In this document: piece after piece, positions 18,906-29,211 of the stretch
How the letters are laid out: each line of letters starts with the position of its first letter
Numbering within the stretch: the stretch's first letter is position 1
Source: Melghirimyces algeriensis
GTDB lineage: Bacteria > Bacillota > Bacilli > Thermoactinomycetales > DSM-45169
Length of the DNA: 64,000 nt
Reading direction: 5' to 3'
Assembly (NCBI RefSeq): GCF_900182565.1
Contig: NZ_FXTI01000001.1
Span: 478,316-542,315 of the forward strand
The notes under the pieces: generated by a model
What the model was told of the DNA's origin: nothing
Seen by the model: the letters and a program-made list of their open reading frames with translations, nothing else
The model's database searches: none
Position numbers and translations under genes: made by a program

Positions 18906-20048
18906 TTGGAGGTGGTGATTTGGGAGAAAGGAAGGGTGCTTCAGATCCTGGAAGAGGAGCCGCATATTCAGTGGTTGACCGTTAGGGAAGAGAGATCGGG
19001 TGAAAGGAAAAAGGCGGTTCATTACCCCGGTTTTTTTGGTGGTTTAGATCCCGGAGATCAAGTCTGGCTCAATACTACAGCTGTTCGCTTGCAATTGGGA
19101 ACGGGTGGGGTTCATTTTGTGGCAGGACGCATTGGGAAAGATCCAGCTCCAGCTCCGGTGAAGGGGCACATGATGAAGCTGCGTTACACCCCGTGGCAAG
19201 TGGCTCTGCCCACAGGAGAGGAACCGGGAAGCCCTTGGCATCAAACCCTTCAGAAAAAACGCTCCTTGGAGCAAACACCGGTTTGTATCGGTGAGTTACA
19301 CAGTATGCTTCCAATCGCTGCAACGGTTTGGCGCAGTTTATCTGAGGATCAATACCCACGGGTGGTGTATGTGATGACGGATGGGGGGGCTTTGCCAGCC
19401 CCATTCAGTCGGCATGTTCGCCGTTTGACATCCCTTGGCTGGTTGGCGGGAACGATTACCTGTGGTCATGCCTTTGGAGGGGACATGGAGGCGGTCAATC
19501 TGTATTCGGCTCTGTTGTTGGCCCGCCATGCCCTGAATGCTGATCTGATTTTTGTCTCCATGGGTCCGGGGATTGCAGGAACAGGTACACCCTATGGCTT
19601 TTCGGGAGTGGAGCAGGGGCAGGCCATTAACGCTGTGCATAGTCTTCAGGGGATTCCGGTGGCCGTTCCACGCATTCAGGGTAAAGATGTTCGGGAAAGG
19701 CATCAGGGAATCAGCCATCATACAGAGACGGTTTTGTGTTCCGTTGCGCTGGCTCCGGCCATCATTCCCCTTCCCAGCCGATTACCGGAACCGATTCAGG
19801 ATCAAGTGAAGCAACTGAAAAGAAATTGCTTGACGACCCATCACTGGGTGGAAGTTTCGATTACGGATCAAAAAGTGGAGGAATGGTTAAACGCTTATCC
19901 TGAAACCATACAAACGATGGGAAGGAAATGGAAAGAGGACCCTCTGTTTTTTCGAACCATATCCGTTTCTGCCTACCTGACGTTTCAATTGTGGCGTGGT
20001 ATTCAAAACGGTCGGAGTGTGGATCGAGCCATTCACGAAGGTTTGTAA
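18906..20048 (+). CDS. Conserved hypothetical protein (possibly DUF3866-like)
   Basis: 380-aa ORF with a TTG start after AGGAAAGGGGG. No recognisable catalytic motifs; the family assignment comes from memory only. Confidence 0.5.
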   Translation: MEVVIWEKGRVLQILEEEPHIQWLTVREERSGERKKAVHYPGFFGGLDPGDQVWLNTTAVRLQLGTGGVHFVAGRIGKDPAPAPVKGHMMKLRYTPWQVALPTGEEPGSPWHQTLQKKRSLEQTPVCIGELHSMLPIAATVWRSLSEDQYPRVVYVMTDGGALPAPFSRHVRRLTSLGWLAGTITCGHAFGGDMEAVNLYSALLLARHALNADLIFVSMGPGIAGTGTPYGFSGVEQGQAINAVHSLQGIPVAVPRIQGKDVRERHQGISHHTETVLCSVALAPAIIPLPSRLPEPIQDQVKQLKRNCLTTHHWVEVSITDQKVEEWLNAYPETIQTMGRKWKEDPLFFRTISVSAYLTFQLWRGIQNGRSVDRAIHEGL

Positions 20049-20199
20049 CAAGGATGGGTTTGTACGGGGAGCCGGGGTTGCAAAGATGGAAATCTGACTC
20101 TTCGTACGATGTAGTAAAAGCGCCCGCCATAACAGATGAATGATCCCTGTCCTTTATTCATGTATAATGGGGAAATGTAGGATACAGGAGGGGAATCCA

Positions 20200-20745
20200 A
20201 TGAGTGAACTGGAAGAAAAAACGATTCGGAGTAAAAATATTTTTGAGGGCAGGATCATTCGTGTTCAATTGGATGAAGTGGAGTTGCCCAATGGAAACAT
20301 TTCTACACGGGAGTTGGTCAAGCATCCAGGAGCGGTTGCCATTATGGCGATTACAGAAGAAGACAAAATGGTGTTTGTCCGGCAATACCGAAAGCCGTTG
20401 GAAAAAACCATTCTTGAACTCCCTGCTGGGAAGTTGGAACCGGGAGAAAATCCTGCTGTATGTGCGACCAGAGAGCTGGAAGAAGAGACAGGCTATCGGG
20501 CGGACGGGATTAATCATGTGGTTTCCGTGTATACGTCTCCCGGCTTTGCGGATGAGTTGCTGCATCTCTATGAAGTTCAGGGCTTGGTTCAGGGGGTCTA
20601 TCATCCAGATGCCGATGAGTTTGTAGAGACAGTGGAATTAACGTTAGAAAAGGCTTTTCAACGGATGGAAGCCGGTGAGATTTGCGATGCCAAAACGGTG
20701 ACGGCACTCCATATCTGGAAAAACCGGAAGGTTGACAGAAAGTGA
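20200..20745 (+). CDS. nudF: NUDIX hydrolase, ADP-ribose pyrophosphatase-like
   Basis: Nudix box GKLEPGENPAVCATRELEEETG. Start is moved to ATG 20200 after AGGAGGGG. Confidence 0.75.
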   Translation: MSELEEKTIRSKNIFEGRIIRVQLDEVELPNGNISTRELVKHPGAVAIMAITEEDKMVFVRQYRKPLEKTILELPAGKLEPGENPAVCATRELEEETGYRADGINHVVSVYTSPGFADELLHLYEVQGLVQGVYHPDADEFVETVELTLEKAFQRMEAGEICDAKTVTALHIWKNRKVDRK

Positions 20746-21917
20746 ACGTAAAACCTTTTTTTGCGGATCTACATATTCATATCGGACGAACAGAGAGAGG
20801 CTTGCCGGTAAAAATCACTGGAGCTCGCAATCTCACTTTTGATCACATCGTTCGGGAAGCATCCCTTCGCAAAGGGATGGATATGGTTGGTGTGATTGAT
20901 GCGCATTCCCCACCGGTTCAGCAGGAAATTGAACGAAATTTGTACCAGGGGCATTATCAAGAACTTGTCGGAGGTGGGATTGGCTATGGCCATACCACAG
21001 TGATTCTTGGGATGGAGATCGAAGTCCGGAAAAAGGGAACCGGACCCGCCCATCTTTTGGCTTATTTCCCCACATTGGATCATATCAGGGATTTCAGCGA
21101 CTGGATGACACCCTTTGTGAAAAACATGCAACTTTCCACGCAGCGCTTTCATGGAGAGATTTCTGCATTAGAGGAGAAGGTAATGGAGTTGGGAGGCCTT
21201 TTGATCCCTGCCCATATATTCACACCCTTTAAAAGTCTCTATGGCAGTGCTGCTGAACAAATTCCGGACCTTTTCCATCCGCATCGGTTGTCTGCTGTGG
21301 AGCTGGGCCTTTCTGCCGATTCGGAAATGGCTGACCATATAGCGGAATTGCAGGAAATTACATTTTTATCCAATTCCGATGCGCATTCTCTCGCTAAGAT
21401 CGGTCGCGAGTACAATGAGTTGATGATGGTTGAGCCCAACTTTCAGGAATTAAAGAAGGTGTTGGCTCGTCGGGAGGGACGTTATGTATCAGCCAATTAT
21501 GGATTAAATCCAAAGTTGGGAAAATATTATCGTACCCGTTGTCAGAAATGTTCTCAGATCTTGTCTCCCGACCGAGATCGATGTGATCGGTGTAAAAGCA
21601 CCAAAGTGATCCGAGGTGTGATGGATCGGATCAGCCAGATTGCTGACAGCAATGGAAAGCCTCCAAACCATCGCCCGCCATATATCTATCAGGTTCCGCT
21701 GGAATTTATCCCTGGGTTGGGTCCAAAAACCTTGGACCGTCTCTTGGAACGGTTTGGAACGGAGATGGATGTTCTTCACCGGGCTCCCATCCATGAAATT
21801 TCAAGTCTTGTCGGAGGTTCCATCGCCCATCAGATTCATTTGGCGCGGGAGCGTCGATTGGAATTTGAAGAAGGTGGAGGTGGAATCTATGGAAAGGTCA
21901 AATCGAAGAAAGTCTAG
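20742..21917 (+). CDS. EndoQ-like PHP-domain nuclease (YqxK family) with a C4 zinc finger
   Basis: N-terminal PHP signature DLHIHIGRT and a central CQKCSQ...CDRCKS zinc finger. The GTG start overlaps the nudF stop (GTGA), indicating translational coupling. Confidence 0.5.
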   Translation: MNVKPFFADLHIHIGRTERGLPVKITGARNLTFDHIVREASLRKGMDMVGVIDAHSPPVQQEIERNLYQGHYQELVGGGIGYGHTTVILGMEIEVRKKGTGPAHLLAYFPTLDHIRDFSDWMTPFVKNMQLSTQRFHGEISALEEKVMELGGLLIPAHIFTPFKSLYGSAAEQIPDLFHPHRLSAVELGLSADSEMADHIAELQEITFLSNSDAHSLAKIGREYNELMMVEPNFQELKKVLARREGRYVSANYGLNPKLGKYYRTRCQKCSQILSPDRDRCDRCKSTKVIRGVMDRISQIADSNGKPPNHRPPYIYQVPLEFIPGLGPKTLDRLLERFGTEMDVLHRAPIHEISSLVGGSIAHQIHLARERRLEFEEGGGGIYGKVKSKKV

Positions 21918-21973
21918 TATATTCTCTCCCTTTCCTTCATAGAGATCGATTAAGTGGACAAGGGGGGATTGAT

Positions 21974-22609
21974 TTGAAAAAGAAAGCGATTCGTCGAACG
22001 CTTCAATTTCATGTCCAGAATCAGATGTCGTTGTATTTGTTTGTCGGGGTTTTGTTTATCATGGGAGTGATTTTTGGTGCGTTTATTGTGAATACCTTAT
22101 CCCCTGTGCAAAAAGATAATCTCCTTGCTTACCTGGGTCACTTTTTCCAGGGGTTAAACGGGGAAGGGATTGCAGATCCAAAAATCTCCTTTCAGCATTC
22201 ACTCGGCGGGCACTTCAAGACATTGGGACTGATGTGGCTTCTCGGTATTTCTGTGATCGGTATGCCTTTCATTGTCGTGATGATCTTTTTAAAAGGATTG
22301 GTGATCGGATTTACAGTTGGTTTTTTGGTCAGTCAACTTTCCTGGGACGGGCTGTGGTTTTCATTTCTGGCCGTTGTTCCTCACAATCTGTTAACGGTTC
22401 CAGCGCTAATGATTGTAGCTGTCAGCGGAATTACATTTTCTGTATTATTAGCTAAAAACAGGTTGATTCAACGTCGGGGAACGATCTATCCGCAGTTTCT
22501 CTCCTATTCCGTTTTGGTGACTGCTATGGCGTGTGTATTGGTCGTTTCCTCCCTGCTTGAAGCATATCTTTCGCCCAAGCTGATGCAAATGGTCGTTCCG
22601 GAGTTGTAG
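21974..22609 (+). CDS. spoIIM: Stage II sporulation protein M
   Basis: Membrane protein with SpoIIM-like topology. TTG start after GGGGGGA. It sits next to fur, as in B. subtilis. Confidence 0.7.
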   Translation: MKKKAIRRTLQFHVQNQMSLYLFVGVLFIMGVIFGAFIVNTLSPVQKDNLLAYLGHFFQGLNGEGIADPKISFQHSLGGHFKTLGLMWLLGISVIGMPFIVVMIFLKGLVIGFTVGFLVSQLSWDGLWFSFLAVVPHNLLTVPALMIVAVSGITFSVLLAKNRLIQRRGTIYPQFLSYSVLVTAMACVLVVSSLLEAYLSPKLMQMVVPEL

Positions 22610-22651
22610 CTGTTTATAATGTTTATCATATGAGATTTGATATCAATTGAA

Positions 22652-22681
22652 TTGACTTCCCTTACCTGCCTCCCATATAAT
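22652..22681 (+). promoter_or_regulatory. SigA-type promoter TTGACT-18-TATAAT for fur, with a PerR/Fur-box-like sequence TTATAATGTTTATCA upstream (22614-22628)
   Basis: Consensus hexamers about 30 nt upstream of the fur start. The box matches TTATAATNATTATAA at 12 of 15 positions. Confidence 0.4.
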
Positions 22682-22709
22682 GATGTCAGGAGCGCAGGGG
22701 GGTGTGAAG

Positions 22710-23189
22710 ATGGAAGAGAGAGTCAAACAAATCAAGCAACAATTGTCTGCTCACAATTATAAATTGACCCCCCAACGGGAAGCGACCGTCCGCGTTTTAC
22801 TGGAAAATGAAGAGGATCATTTAAGCGCGGAAGATGTCTACCTGTTGGTAAAGGAAAAGGCGCCAGAAATTGGTCTGGCGACTGTTTACCGCACGTTGGA
22901 ACTTCTCAGCGACCTGACCATTATTCACAAACTCAATTTCGGCGATGGTGTAACCCGTTATGAATTTCGCGCTGAAGGAGCGGAGCACCATCATCATCAC
23001 CTGATCTGCCTAAATTGCGGAGCGGTGGATGAAATTATTGATGATTGGTTAGGGCCCATTGAGAAGAGGGTAGAAAAAGAATTTGACTTTCAGATTATTG
23101 ACCACCGGTTGACGTTTCACGGGATCTGTCACCGGTGTAAGGACCAAGTCAAAGATCCCGGAAAGTTGGTTGGTTCCAAAGTAACGTGA
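22710..23189 (+). CDS. fur: Ferric uptake regulator
   Basis: Highly similar to B. subtilis Fur (LTPQREATVRVLLENEEDHLSAEDVYLLVKEK...HHHHLICLNCG). Start is moved to ATG 22710. Confidence 0.85.
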   Translation: MEERVKQIKQQLSAHNYKLTPQREATVRVLLENEEDHLSAEDVYLLVKEKAPEIGLATVYRTLELLSDLTIIHKLNFGDGVTRYEFRAEGAEHHHHHLICLNCGAVDEIIDDWLGPIEKRVEKEFDFQIIDHRLTFHGICHRCKDQVKDPGKLVGSKVT

Positions 23190-23273
23190 GATCCAGAATG
23201 GTCTCGCGTTTTTCATTGTATGAAGATGCCAGGTCTAGTGGTATGATATAGGATGGAAAAGGAGGTGTACAGC

Positions 23274-24413
23274 GTGATTATCGGTGTTCCCAAAGAGGTG
23301 AAAGATAGTGAAAACCGTGTGGCGATCTCCCCGGCAGGTGTGGATGCCCTGATCGGAGCAGGGCACCGGGTTTTGATCGAAAAAGGTGCAGGAGAAGGAA
23401 GTGGTTTTCCGGATCAAGCACTTTCAAAACATGGTGCCAAGATCGTGGAGACGGCAGAAGAAGTATGGAGTACGTCGGAGATGATCTTAAAAGTAAAGGA
23501 GCCACAGGCGTCTGAATATCAATATTTCCGTAAAGGCCTCTGTCTTTTTACCTATCTGCATTTGGCACCTGAACCGGAATTGACCCGTGCGCTGATGGAA
23601 AACGAAGTGACAGCGATCGCTTATGAGACGATTCAGTTGGATAACGGCGCTTTGCCACTTCTTACACCAATGTCCGAAGTGGCAGGACGTATGTCGGTTC
23701 AAATCGGGGCGCAGTTTCTGGAAAAACCAAATGGCGGAAAAGGGGTTTTGTTGGGAGGAGTGCCAGGGGTTCTTCCGGGGGAAGTCGTGATTATTGGCGG
23801 CGGGGTGGTTGGAACAAATGCGGCAAAAATGGCTTTGGGTTTAGGAGCCAATGTGACCATTCTAGATCTAAATCCCGATCGTCTGCGTCAGTTGGATGAT
23901 ATCTTCCGAGGTCAGGTTCGTACGCTGATTTCCAATCCCTATCATATCAGTCAGGCTGTTGAAAAGGCAGATCTGTTGGTGGGAGCTGTTTTGATTCCTG
24001 GACACAGGGCTCCACGTCTGGTAACGGAAGAAATGGTAAAGTCCATGTCTCCCGGCTCTGTTATTGTAGATGTGGCCATTGATCAGGGAGGGTCGATTGA
24101 AACGATTGATCGGGTGACCACCCACAGTGAACCAAGCTATGTAAAACATGATGTGGTTCATTATGCCGTCGCCAATATCCCTGGGGCTGTACCGCGGACT
24201 TCCACTTATGCGTTGACCAACGTCACCATCCCTTATGCGCTCAATATTGCGAACAAAGGCTTGAAACAGTCATTGAGAGAGAGTGCTCCTCTCGCTCGCG
24301 GGGTGAATGTGATGAATGGGTATGTCACATACAAAGCAGTCGCTGAGGATTTGAATCTGCCTTATCGCTCCTTGAATGAAGTGATGGGAGAGTCGATTTT
24401 GGATCTGGCATAA
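23274..24413 (+). CDS. ald: Alanine dehydrogenase
   Basis: The N-terminus [23 protein letters not shown] matches Ald. GTG start after AAAAGGAGGTG. Confidence 0.85.
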   Translation: MIIGVPKEVKDSENRVAISPAGVDALIGAGHRVLIEKGAGEGSGFPDQALSKHGAKIVETAEEVWSTSEMILKVKEPQASEYQYFRKGLCLFTYLHLAPEPELTRALMENEVTAIAYETIQLDNGALPLLTPMSEVAGRMSVQIGAQFLEKPNGGKGVLLGGVPGVLPGEVVIIGGGVVGTNAAKMALGLGANVTILDLNPDRLRQLDDIFRGQVRTLISNPYHISQAVEKADLLVGAVLIPGHRAPRLVTEEMVKSMSPGSVIVDVAIDQGGSIETIDRVTTHSEPSYVKHDVVHYAVANIPGAVPRTSTYALTNVTIPYALNIANKGLKQSLRESAPLARGVNVMNGYVTYKAVAEDLNLPYRSLNEVMGESILDLA

Positions 24414-24434
24414 CAGACCGTTCCTTTCCATAGA

Positions 24435-24710
24435 ATGTTCCTAACACCGGGAAAAGGACGGGTTATGATGATCGTCTCACTCCGACGATTGGCAGCTTGG
24501 GCCAGATTTCTCACGATGTTTGTCATATTAACGATGATCTTTTATCATGTTATTGCTTGGGTATCCCAATGGTTCGAGCCAGCTTACCGTTACGGGCAAC
24601 CAAAAGGACCAGCGGTGAAGGTTTTTGCTCCCAGTGGGAAGACCGATTACGGAAAAACCTGGATACAAATGAAAGATCGAGTTCTTCTGTATTATTGGCT
24701 GGGTGAGTAA
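24435..24710 (+). CDS. Small hypothetical membrane protein
   Basis: 91-aa ORF with one hydrophobic segment, followed by a weak hairpin and T-run. Confidence 0.3.
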   Translation: MFLTPGKGRVMMIVSLRRLAAWARFLTMFVILTMIFYHVIAWVSQWFEPAYRYGQPKGPAVKVFAPSGKTDYGKTWIQMKDRVLLYYWLGE

Positions 24711-24785
24711 AGTCTTTCAACCGCTTCTGGGTCTATCCTGAGCGGCCTTTTTTGTGAATAAACTGTGGATGGTGAGGTGATCTGA

Positions 24786-25970
24786 TTGGCATCATTTGAA
24801 CGCGTAGCATTAATTGTTTTGGACAGTGTAGGGATCGGAGCGTTGCCGGATGCAGAGGCATTTGGTGACCAAGGAGTTCATACACTGGGTCACATTGCGG
24901 AGAAGCGGGGGCTGAAGTTACCCAATTTGTCCCAGTTCGGTCTGTCCAACATTGAGCCGATCCCAGGCATTGAGCCTGTTGACCGACCCAAAGCCCATTA
25001 TGGGAAGATGGCTGAAGTTTCCGCAGGGAAAGATACCACGACAGGTCATTGGGAGTTGATGGGTGTACATACCTCAAAACCCTTTAAAACGTATCCGGAA
25101 GGCTTTCCAACAGAACTGATTCGTACCTTTGAAGAGCGGATTGGTCGGAACGTGTTGGGAAATAAAGTGGCTTCCGGCACGGAAATAATCAATGAGCTGG
25201 GAGAGGAACACATGGAAACAGGAGCGGTGATTGTCTACACCTCTGCTGACAGTGTGTTTCAAATAGCTGCCCATGAAGATGTCATCCCCCTGGATGAATT
25301 ATTCGATATTTGTGAAGTGGCCAGGGAATTGACTCTGGATGAGCGATTTGCCGTGGTTCGGGTCATTGCACGTCCATTTATAGGGGAGCCCGGCAGTTTC
25401 GAACGGACGGCCAACCGTCGGGATTATTCGGTTAAGCCGCCACATCCGACTGTTATGAATACCCTTAAAGACGAGGGGTTGGACTCCATTGCGGTTGGCA
25501 AAATTTCTGACATCTATGCCGGCGAAGGGGTGACCCACTCCATTAAGACAAAGGATAATATGGATGGAGTGGATCGTTTTATTGACGTTTTGAACAAGTC
25601 ATTTCGTGGGCTGGCTTTTGTCAACTTGGTTGATTTTGATTCCAAATTTGGACATCGAAGGGACCCGGAAGGTTATGGACAAGCCTTGGAGGCGTTTGAT
25701 CGTCGGCTTCCGGAGATTCTGCAGGCTGTGCGCCCTTCCGATTTGCTGATTATTACCGCGGATCACGGTAATGATCCCACATATAAAGGTTCGGATCACA
25801 CCCGTGAATATGTCCCATTATTTGTTTGGAGTCCTTCTCTATCTGAGCAAGGTGTTTCTCTTGGTGTGAGGGAGACGTTTTCTGATGTGGGTGCCACCAT
25901 TGCTGATAATTTTGGGGTACCATCTCCAGCGCACGGGACCAGCTTTCTAAATGAATTAAAATTTCGTTGA
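24786..25970 (+). CDS. deoB: Phosphopentomutase
   Basis: Alkaline-phosphatase-like metalloenzyme motifs ([15 protein letters not shown]). TTG start after GGTGAGGTGA. Confidence 0.85.
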   Translation: MASFERVALIVLDSVGIGALPDAEAFGDQGVHTLGHIAEKRGLKLPNLSQFGLSNIEPIPGIEPVDRPKAHYGKMAEVSAGKDTTTGHWELMGVHTSKPFKTYPEGFPTELIRTFEERIGRNVLGNKVASGTEIINELGEEHMETGAVIVYTSADSVFQIAAHEDVIPLDELFDICEVARELTLDERFAVVRVIARPFIGEPGSFERTANRRDYSVKPPHPTVMNTLKDEGLDSIAVGKISDIYAGEGVTHSIKTKDNMDGVDRFIDVLNKSFRGLAFVNLVDFDSKFGHRRDPEGYGQALEAFDRRLPEILQAVRPSDLLIITADHGNDPTYKGSDHTREYVPLFVWSPSLSEQGVSLGVRETFSDVGATIADNFGVPSPAHGTSFLNELKFR

Positions 25971-25983
25971 AAGGAAGAGGATC

Positions 25984-26814
25984 ATGGAATCCAAGATTCA
26001 ACAAGCAGAACAGGCGGCTGAAACAATTCGTGAACGGATATCCACAAAGCCTGATATCGGTTTGGTATTGGGGTCCGGGTTGGGGATTCTGGCTGAAGAG
26101 ATTGAAAATAAAGAGGCGATCACTTACAGTGATATCCCTCATTTTCCCGTATCCACTGTGGAAGGACATGCCGGAAGATTGGTGATAGGGAAATTGGAAT
26201 CTCAGTCAGTTGTTGCCATGCAGGGGCGCTTTCATTTTTATGAAGGGTATAGTATGCAGGAGGTAACGTTCCCGATTCGGGTAATGAAATCCTTGGGAGT
26301 CAAGACATTGGTGGTGACCAATGCGGCAGGGGGGATCAATAAAACGTTTGATGCAGGAGATTTTATGTTGATCAATGATCATATCAATATGATGTTTACC
26401 AATCCCTTGATCGGTCCTAACCATCCGGAATGGGGTGTGCGCTTTCCGGATATGTCGGAGGCATATGATCCTGGATACCGTCAGTTGGCAAAACGGGTGG
26501 CGGCTTATCATCATATTCCGCTCAAGGAAGGTGTTTACCTAGGTTCGACAGGACCTTCCTATGAAACCCCGGCGGAAATCCGCATGTTTCGCACATTGGG
26601 AGCGGACGCCGTTGGGATGTCCACTGTGCCTGAAGTGATCGTGGCTCGCCATGCAGGAATGCGTACTCTCGGAATCTCCTGTATTACTAATCTCGCTGCG
26701 GGAATTCTTCCACAACCGTTAAGCCATGATGAAGTGATGGAAACTGCGGAGCGGGTAAAGCCCCGTTTTATTCAGCTGGTAAAGGGAATTGTCAAAGACA
26801 TTTTGTCCGTTTAA
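25984..26814 (+). CDS. punA: Purine nucleoside phosphorylase (PNP family 2, PunA-like)
   Basis: PNP/MTAP family motifs [17 protein letters not shown] and GMSTVPEV. Confidence 0.8.
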   Translation: MESKIQQAEQAAETIRERISTKPDIGLVLGSGLGILAEEIENKEAITYSDIPHFPVSTVEGHAGRLVIGKLESQSVVAMQGRFHFYEGYSMQEVTFPIRVMKSLGVKTLVVTNAAGGINKTFDAGDFMLINDHINMMFTNPLIGPNHPEWGVRFPDMSEAYDPGYRQLAKRVAAYHHIPLKEGVYLGSTGPSYETPAEIRMFRTLGADAVGMSTVPEVIVARHAGMRTLGISCITNLAAGILPQPLSHDEVMETAERVKPRFIQLVKGIVKDILSV

Positions 26815-26860
26815 GGTATTATCAGAACAGCGTGAAAACAAAAAAAGGGGCGACCTGGAA

Positions 26861-27688
26861 ATGACAGAAATCTATCAAAAGATGGAAGAAGCACGGAATT
26901 ATATACAAAAAAAGACCGCACATCATCCTGAGGTTGGAATGATACTCGGTTCTGGGTTGGGAGAGCTGGCTGATGATATTGAGGATGCGGTTACGATTCC
27001 TTATTCGGATATTCCCCACTTTCCTGTCTCCACTGTGGAAGGGCATGCCGGGCAGCTGGTGATTGGCCGTCTTTCCGGAAAAACAGTTGTTGCGATGCAG
27101 GGGCGTTTTCATTTTTATGAAGGGTATACCCAACAAGAGGTTGTATTCCCTGTTTATGTGATGAAAGCGCTTGGAATCCAATGGCTGATTGCCACCAATG
27201 CTTGTGGTGGCATGAATGAACGCTTTCAAGCAGGGGATCTGATGTTGATTGAAGATCATATCAATTTTACTGGAAGCAACCCCCTTATCGGACCGAATGA
27301 TTCCCGATTGGGACCACGGTTTCCGGATATGTCCACAGCATATGATCGTAAATTGATGGACTTGGCACATCATGTGGCGGGTGAGCAGGGAATTCGCCTG
27401 CAACAAGGGGTATATGCAGGAGTCAGTGGACCGGCATATATGACTCCTTCAGAGTTGATCATGCTTAGAAACCTGGGTGGAGATGCGGTTGGAATGTCTA
27501 CAGTACCTGAGGTGATCGTTGCTAGTTACATGGGTTTGAAAGTCCTGGGAATTTCCTGCATTACGGATATGGCGATCGGGGAAGACTTGGAACCGCTCAC
27601 CCATGAACAGGTTGTAGAAGTGGCCAATCAAACGAAACCTCGCTTTATCCGCCTGGTGAAGGGAGTTCTTGCCGAGGTGAAGGTGTAA
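26861..27688 (+). CDS. Purine nucleoside phosphorylase, tandem paralog
   Basis: Same motifs and roughly 60 percent identity to the upstream punA. Start is moved to ATG 26861. Confidence 0.75.
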   Translation: MTEIYQKMEEARNYIQKKTAHHPEVGMILGSGLGELADDIEDAVTIPYSDIPHFPVSTVEGHAGQLVIGRLSGKTVVAMQGRFHFYEGYTQQEVVFPVYVMKALGIQWLIATNACGGMNERFQAGDLMLIEDHINFTGSNPLIGPNDSRLGPRFPDMSTAYDRKLMDLAHHVAGEQGIRLQQGVYAGVSGPAYMTPSELIMLRNLGGDAVGMSTVPEVIVASYMGLKVLGISCITDMAIGEDLEPLTHEQVVEVANQTKPRFIRLVKGVLAEVKV

Positions 27689-27689
27689 A

Positions 27690-29015
27690 ATGAACACAGT
27701 GGAAATCATTCGGAAAAAACGGAATGGAGAAGTGCTGTCTTCAGAAGAGATACAATATCTGATTCAGGGATATGCCAAGGGAGAGATTCCGGATTACCAA
27801 ATGTCCGCTTTGGCAATGGCGATCTATTTCCGCGGAATGGACTCCCGTGAAACAGCAGATCTGACCATGGAGATGGTTCAGTCGGGTGAACGTGTGGATC
27901 TCTCCCGAATAAACGGTGTGAAAGTGGATAAGCACAGCACCGGAGGAGTGGGGGATACAACCACGTTGGTTTTGGCTCCCTTGGTGGCTGCAGCAGGGGT
28001 TCCGGTTGCCAAAATGTCCGGTCGGGGATTGGGGCATACCGGTGGTACGATTGATAAGTTGGAATCATTTCAGGGGTTTTCTACCTCACTAAGCCCTGAA
28101 TCCTTCGTTCAACAAGTGAATGGGATTGGCTTGGCTGTCATGGGGCAAACCGCAGATTTGACACCTGCTGACAAACAGTTGTATGCATTGCGGGACGTGA
28201 CAGCAACAGTGGATTCCATCCCGTTAATTTCCAGTTCGATTATGAGCAAAAAAATTGCGTCCGGAGCCGATGCCATTGTTTTGGATGTCAAGACTGGAAA
28301 TGGAGCGTTTATGAAAGAAGAAGCGCAAGCGATTCAACTTGCTCAGGCGATGGTTGCCATTGGCAATAGGGTGGGTCGACAAACAGTTGCTGTCATCAGT
28401 GATATGGAACAACCGTTGGGAATGGCGGTTGGCAATGCATTGGAGATAAAGGAAGCGATTGAAACCCTGCAAGGAAAGGGTCCACGAGATCTGACAGAAC
28501 TCTGTCTGGTGTTGGGAGCGCAAATGGTAGTGTTGGCCGGAAAAGCGGAAAGCATGGATCAGGCCAAAGAAACATTGCAAAGAGCCATCTCTGATGGGTC
28601 TGCGTTAGACCGGTTCCGGCAATTTGTAAAGGCGCAAGGTGGTGATCCCCGTGCAGTGGATCATCCTGAGTTGCTTCCCGTTGCAAAATATGTACAAGAG
28701 GTGAAAGCACCGGATGATGGTGTTATTACCGGATTGATTGCGGAAGAGATCGGTCTTTGTGCAATGGAATTGGGAGCCGGGAGAAAGACAAAGGATGCAG
28801 TGATTGACCATGGCGTGGGCGTCGTTTTGCGTAAAAAAATCGGTGATACCGTCCGTCAGGGAGAAGCATTGGCCAATCTTTATGTAAACGACCTTGAAAA
28901 GGCGAAACAGGTTGAGAAACGCTTTCTCCAAGCAGTTAGAATTTCTAAGGAATCTGTGGACGCACCCCGTTTAATCCGGGCTTTGGTAACGGAAAACGGT
29001 GTGGAAAGGATATAG
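27690..29015 (+). CDS. pdp: Pyrimidine-nucleoside (thymidine) phosphorylase
   Basis: Glycosyl transferase family 3 motifs ([10 protein letters not shown]). Confidence 0.85.
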   Translation: MNTVEIIRKKRNGEVLSSEEIQYLIQGYAKGEIPDYQMSALAMAIYFRGMDSRETADLTMEMVQSGERVDLSRINGVKVDKHSTGGVGDTTTLVLAPLVAAAGVPVAKMSGRGLGHTGGTIDKLESFQGFSTSLSPESFVQQVNGIGLAVMGQTADLTPADKQLYALRDVTATVDSIPLISSSIMSKKIASGADAIVLDVKTGNGAFMKEEAQAIQLAQAMVAIGNRVGRQTVAVISDMEQPLGMAVGNALEIKEAIETLQGKGPRDLTELCLVLGAQMVVLAGKAESMDQAKETLQRAISDGSALDRFRQFVKAQGGDPRAVDHPELLPVAKYVQEVKAPDDGVITGLIAEEIGLCAMELGAGRKTKDAVIDHGVGVVLRKKIGDTVRQGEALANLYVNDLEKAKQVEKRFLQAVRISKESVDAPRLIRALVTENGVERI

Positions 29016-29023
29016 GAGAGCTT

Positions 29024-29058
29024 AAAAAACTGGGCATCGTGGGCCCAGTTTTTTTATT
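29024..29058 (+). terminator. Intrinsic terminator (AAAAAACTGGGC...GCCCAGTTTTTTT)
   Basis: 6-bp GC stem flanked by an A-run and a T-run, downstream of pdp. Confidence 0.6.
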
Positions 29059-29211
29059 TCTCAATATAGCGATGAGATCGTGGTTTTCAGGTTCTACTTC
29101 TCTATCGCCGATCGGCAAGGGGTTAGACGAATCACAGTAGGTTGGAGTAAAATAATCTCGTTCACCATATGCTTGACAGCAATCAGTGTGATCAATGGGG
29201 AGTGTGAAAGC

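Noticed and set aside
20140-20199. Upstream extension of nudF (track ORF start at 20140) and a TATAAT hexamer at 20162-20167
   Set aside because: The extension has no RBS, whereas ATG 20200 follows AGGAGGGG. The TATAAT hexamer lacks a convincing -35 element and lies inside the extended ORF, so it is left unreported.
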